Shown here one piece after another: positions 61,773-64,000 of a stretch of 64,000 bases of DNA; the stretch's first letter is position 1; every line of letters starts with the position of its first letter. A program made the position numbers and the translations under genes. This DNA comes from Saccostrea cucullata. Lineage: Eukaryota. The stretch spans positions 62,001-126,000 of the forward strand of contig NW_026922866.1 in the NCBI RefSeq assembly GCF_032062105.1, written 5' to 3'. The notes beneath the pieces were generated by a model. The model was not told the origin of the DNA, did no database searches, and saw only the letters and a list, made by a program, of their open reading frames with translations.

Positions 61773-62657
61773 CATATATGCACATGTATAATATTACTAT
61801 GATTGTCCTTTACATGAATTCTTTGGGTTTTGTTATCGGTTTAGCAAGCGTTTCACGCTAATCAAGTTTTTCTTCAAACGTTTCATATTACTTGCATTTA
61901 ATTTATCTTCATGAGAATACCGGCAATACACTTGTATTTATTCCTTACTTTGCTTTACAAGTAAAAACAAAAATCAAGCGATACATTGAATTAAATAAAC
62001 AGGAATTCAAACAGGAATAAGAAAAGAAAGAAATGATAGTTTAATATAATTTATTATAATTCTAATATATATATATACTGAACATTTGAAGCAGTCACTA
62101 AAAATCTAATTTTGCACCAGCCTTAAAAGTTTACCGTTTAACTCAAGCTTCAACTCCACCTTCGTGTAAGCAATGAGTTAGAAAATTTGTAGCCAAATAG
62201 TTCTGGCAAGATCTAAAAAAAAGTCAGCAAAGAAATCTAAAGAATTGTGGTCACCTGCTTTGTTGCTTTGTGTCGTATTACATCACACCCTGATCCATGG
62301 CATATACACCGTATCACGTCATTCAAAAGTTATCCCCAAAGTAAATTTTTTTTATAATTATGTTTAAACTTAAAAGCCAAGATCAATGGTTTAAAAATCA
62401 TAGCATGCTTTGAAACGTCTTGTCATAGGTAATGCACGTGTCAAATATAAAAGTTTCACTTTTTCTAAATCAATGAAAAGTTTTAAGAAAAGATTTCAAA
62501 AGTACGTCAAAGTTCAAGGTCNNNNNNNNNNNNNNNNNNNNNNNNNNNNNNNNNNNNNNNNNNNNNNNNNNNNNNNNNNNNNNNNNNNNNNNNNNNNNNN
62601 NNNNNNNNNNNNNNNNNNNNNNNNNNNNNNNNNNNNNNNNNNNNNNNNNNNNNNNNN

Positions 62658-63556
62658 TTTTGACTTGCCTAGATAGCCGAGCGGTCTAGCGCGCTGTTCC
62701 TGCACTGCTAGGAGACAGATTCCGAAGGTCGAGAGTTCAACCCCGGGCTGGGGCGGACGTGGGTATCCATGTAAAAGTGAATTTCTTTGTGCTTTCTATA
62801 TTAATATTCCTTCACTTAGGGCAGTTATGTTAGTTTAAGAGTTGTTGTAAAATGTGCTTTATCAATAATAACTAATTTCATTACAACATGTATTAGTAAC
62901 AATCCGCTGTTAAAACTAAGGTCCAAATAACTGTATCTCACTTCTATTCTCAATGATCGAGTAGTGTTGGGCAGCGCCGCGAGAATTCCATCGGCATCGA
63001 AAGCAAGTTTTTTGACTTGCCTAGATAGCCGAGCGGTCTAGCGCGCTGTTCCTGTACTGCTAGGAGACAGATTCCGAAGGTCGAGAGTTCAACCCCGGGC
63101 TGGGGCGGAAGTGGGTATCAATGTAAAAGTGAATTTCTTTGTGCTTTCTATATTAATATTCCTTCACTTAGGTCAGTTATGTTAGTTTAAGAGTTGTTGT
63201 AAAATGTGCTTTATAAATAATAATTAATTTCATTACAACATGTATTGGTAACAATCCTCTGTTAAAACTAAGGTCCAAATAACTGTATCTCACTTCTATT
63301 CTAAATGATCGTGTAGTGTTGGGCAGCGCCGCGAGAATTCCATCGGCATCGAAAGCAAGTTTTTTGACTTGCCTAGCCGAGCGGTCTAGCGCGCTGTTCC
63401 TGCACTGCTAGGAGACAGATTCCGAAGATCGAGAGTTCAACCCCGGGCTGGGGCGGAAGTGGGTATCAATGTAAAAGTGAATTTCTTTGTGCTTTCTATA
63501 TTAATATTCCTTCACTTAGGGCAGTTATGTTAGTTTAAGAGTTGTTGTAAAATGTG

Positions 63557-63560
<4 letters not shown>
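62658..63560 (+). repeat. 352-bp tandem array of tRNA-like (Pol III A/B box) units, >=2.6 copies, bounded by an N gap and (AT)n
   Basis: Heads at 62667, 63019, 63371: gcctagatagccgagcggtctagcgcgctg...ggtcgagagttcaacccc. Confidence 0.85.

Positions 63561-63638
<78 letters not shown>
63560..63638. repeat. (AT)n microsatellite
   Basis: ~39 perfect AT units. Confidence 0.95.
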
Positions 63639-63641
<3 letters not shown>

Positions 63642-64000
63642 CCCTACCATATCTTTTCTCTTCCAAAAGTTATGACAAATTTGTAAGATAATGTTATTTT
63701 TTTAAAAGGAAAATCAGACTTAAAATTCATCGTCCCGGGGGCCAAAGTTGTAGTCAATTTAGGAAGGCCTTGTCACAGGTAGGGTACCTAATGTAAATGT
63801 CAAATAGGAGAGCCATTTCTTTTCTCTGTAAAAATTATGACCAAGATTATGGTTTCTGTAACAGACTGACAAACAGAGAGCTGGACTGACTGACAGATGG
63901 TAAGACAAAAAAGATTTACAGTTCCCTTGCTTTTATAAAGTGGGGAAATTAAAATGGATTTAACATTTATTTTTATCTGGAATTTATTAACACTTTTGAC

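Noticed and set aside
33000-62400. Numerous 60-120-aa ORFs in the right half
   Set aside because: Low-complexity AT-rich translations without motifs, mostly inside non-autonomous repeats
62667-62756. Functional tRNA gene
   Set aside because: Acceptor, anticodon and T stems do not form a canonical cloverleaf; treated as a tRNA-derived repeat

Overview
AT-rich animal genomic DNA with three N gaps. Its repeat content (Helentron/HINE-type elements with satellite arrays, SINE and Penelope-like relics) suggests an oyster-like bivalve. The left half carries a multi-exon PARP14-like gene on the minus strand: tandem RRM-like exons, a large KH-region exon, and macrodomain 1 running off the window start. 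One intron (4277-23606) has grown from about 0.44 kb to 19.3 kb through four nested mobile elements, each with readable ends: a non-autonomous mariner-like element (4573-23461, TA TSD) > a PIF/Harbinger transposon (6109-22539, CTG TSD; spliced transposase plus convergent Myb/SANT gene) > a Ngaro-type tyrosine-recombinase retrotransposon (9629-20151; split direct repeats, SGNH-gag-RT/RH-YR) > an apparently intact Kolobok-type transposon (14748-18583, TTAA TSD; transposase plus KolX-like gene). The right half is mostly non-autonomous elements, satellites, a probable spliced non-coding transcript and a 352-bp tandem array of tRNA-like units. The most unusual signals are: (i) small non-coding hairpin elements carrying an internal inverted copy of their own circle junction; (ii) a covarying 30-bp palindrome array downstream of the Ngaro recombinase; (iii) an SGNH ORF upstream of gag; and (iv) a KolX-like protein resembling the P2X7 ballast domain. 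All analysis was by eye and no searches were run.
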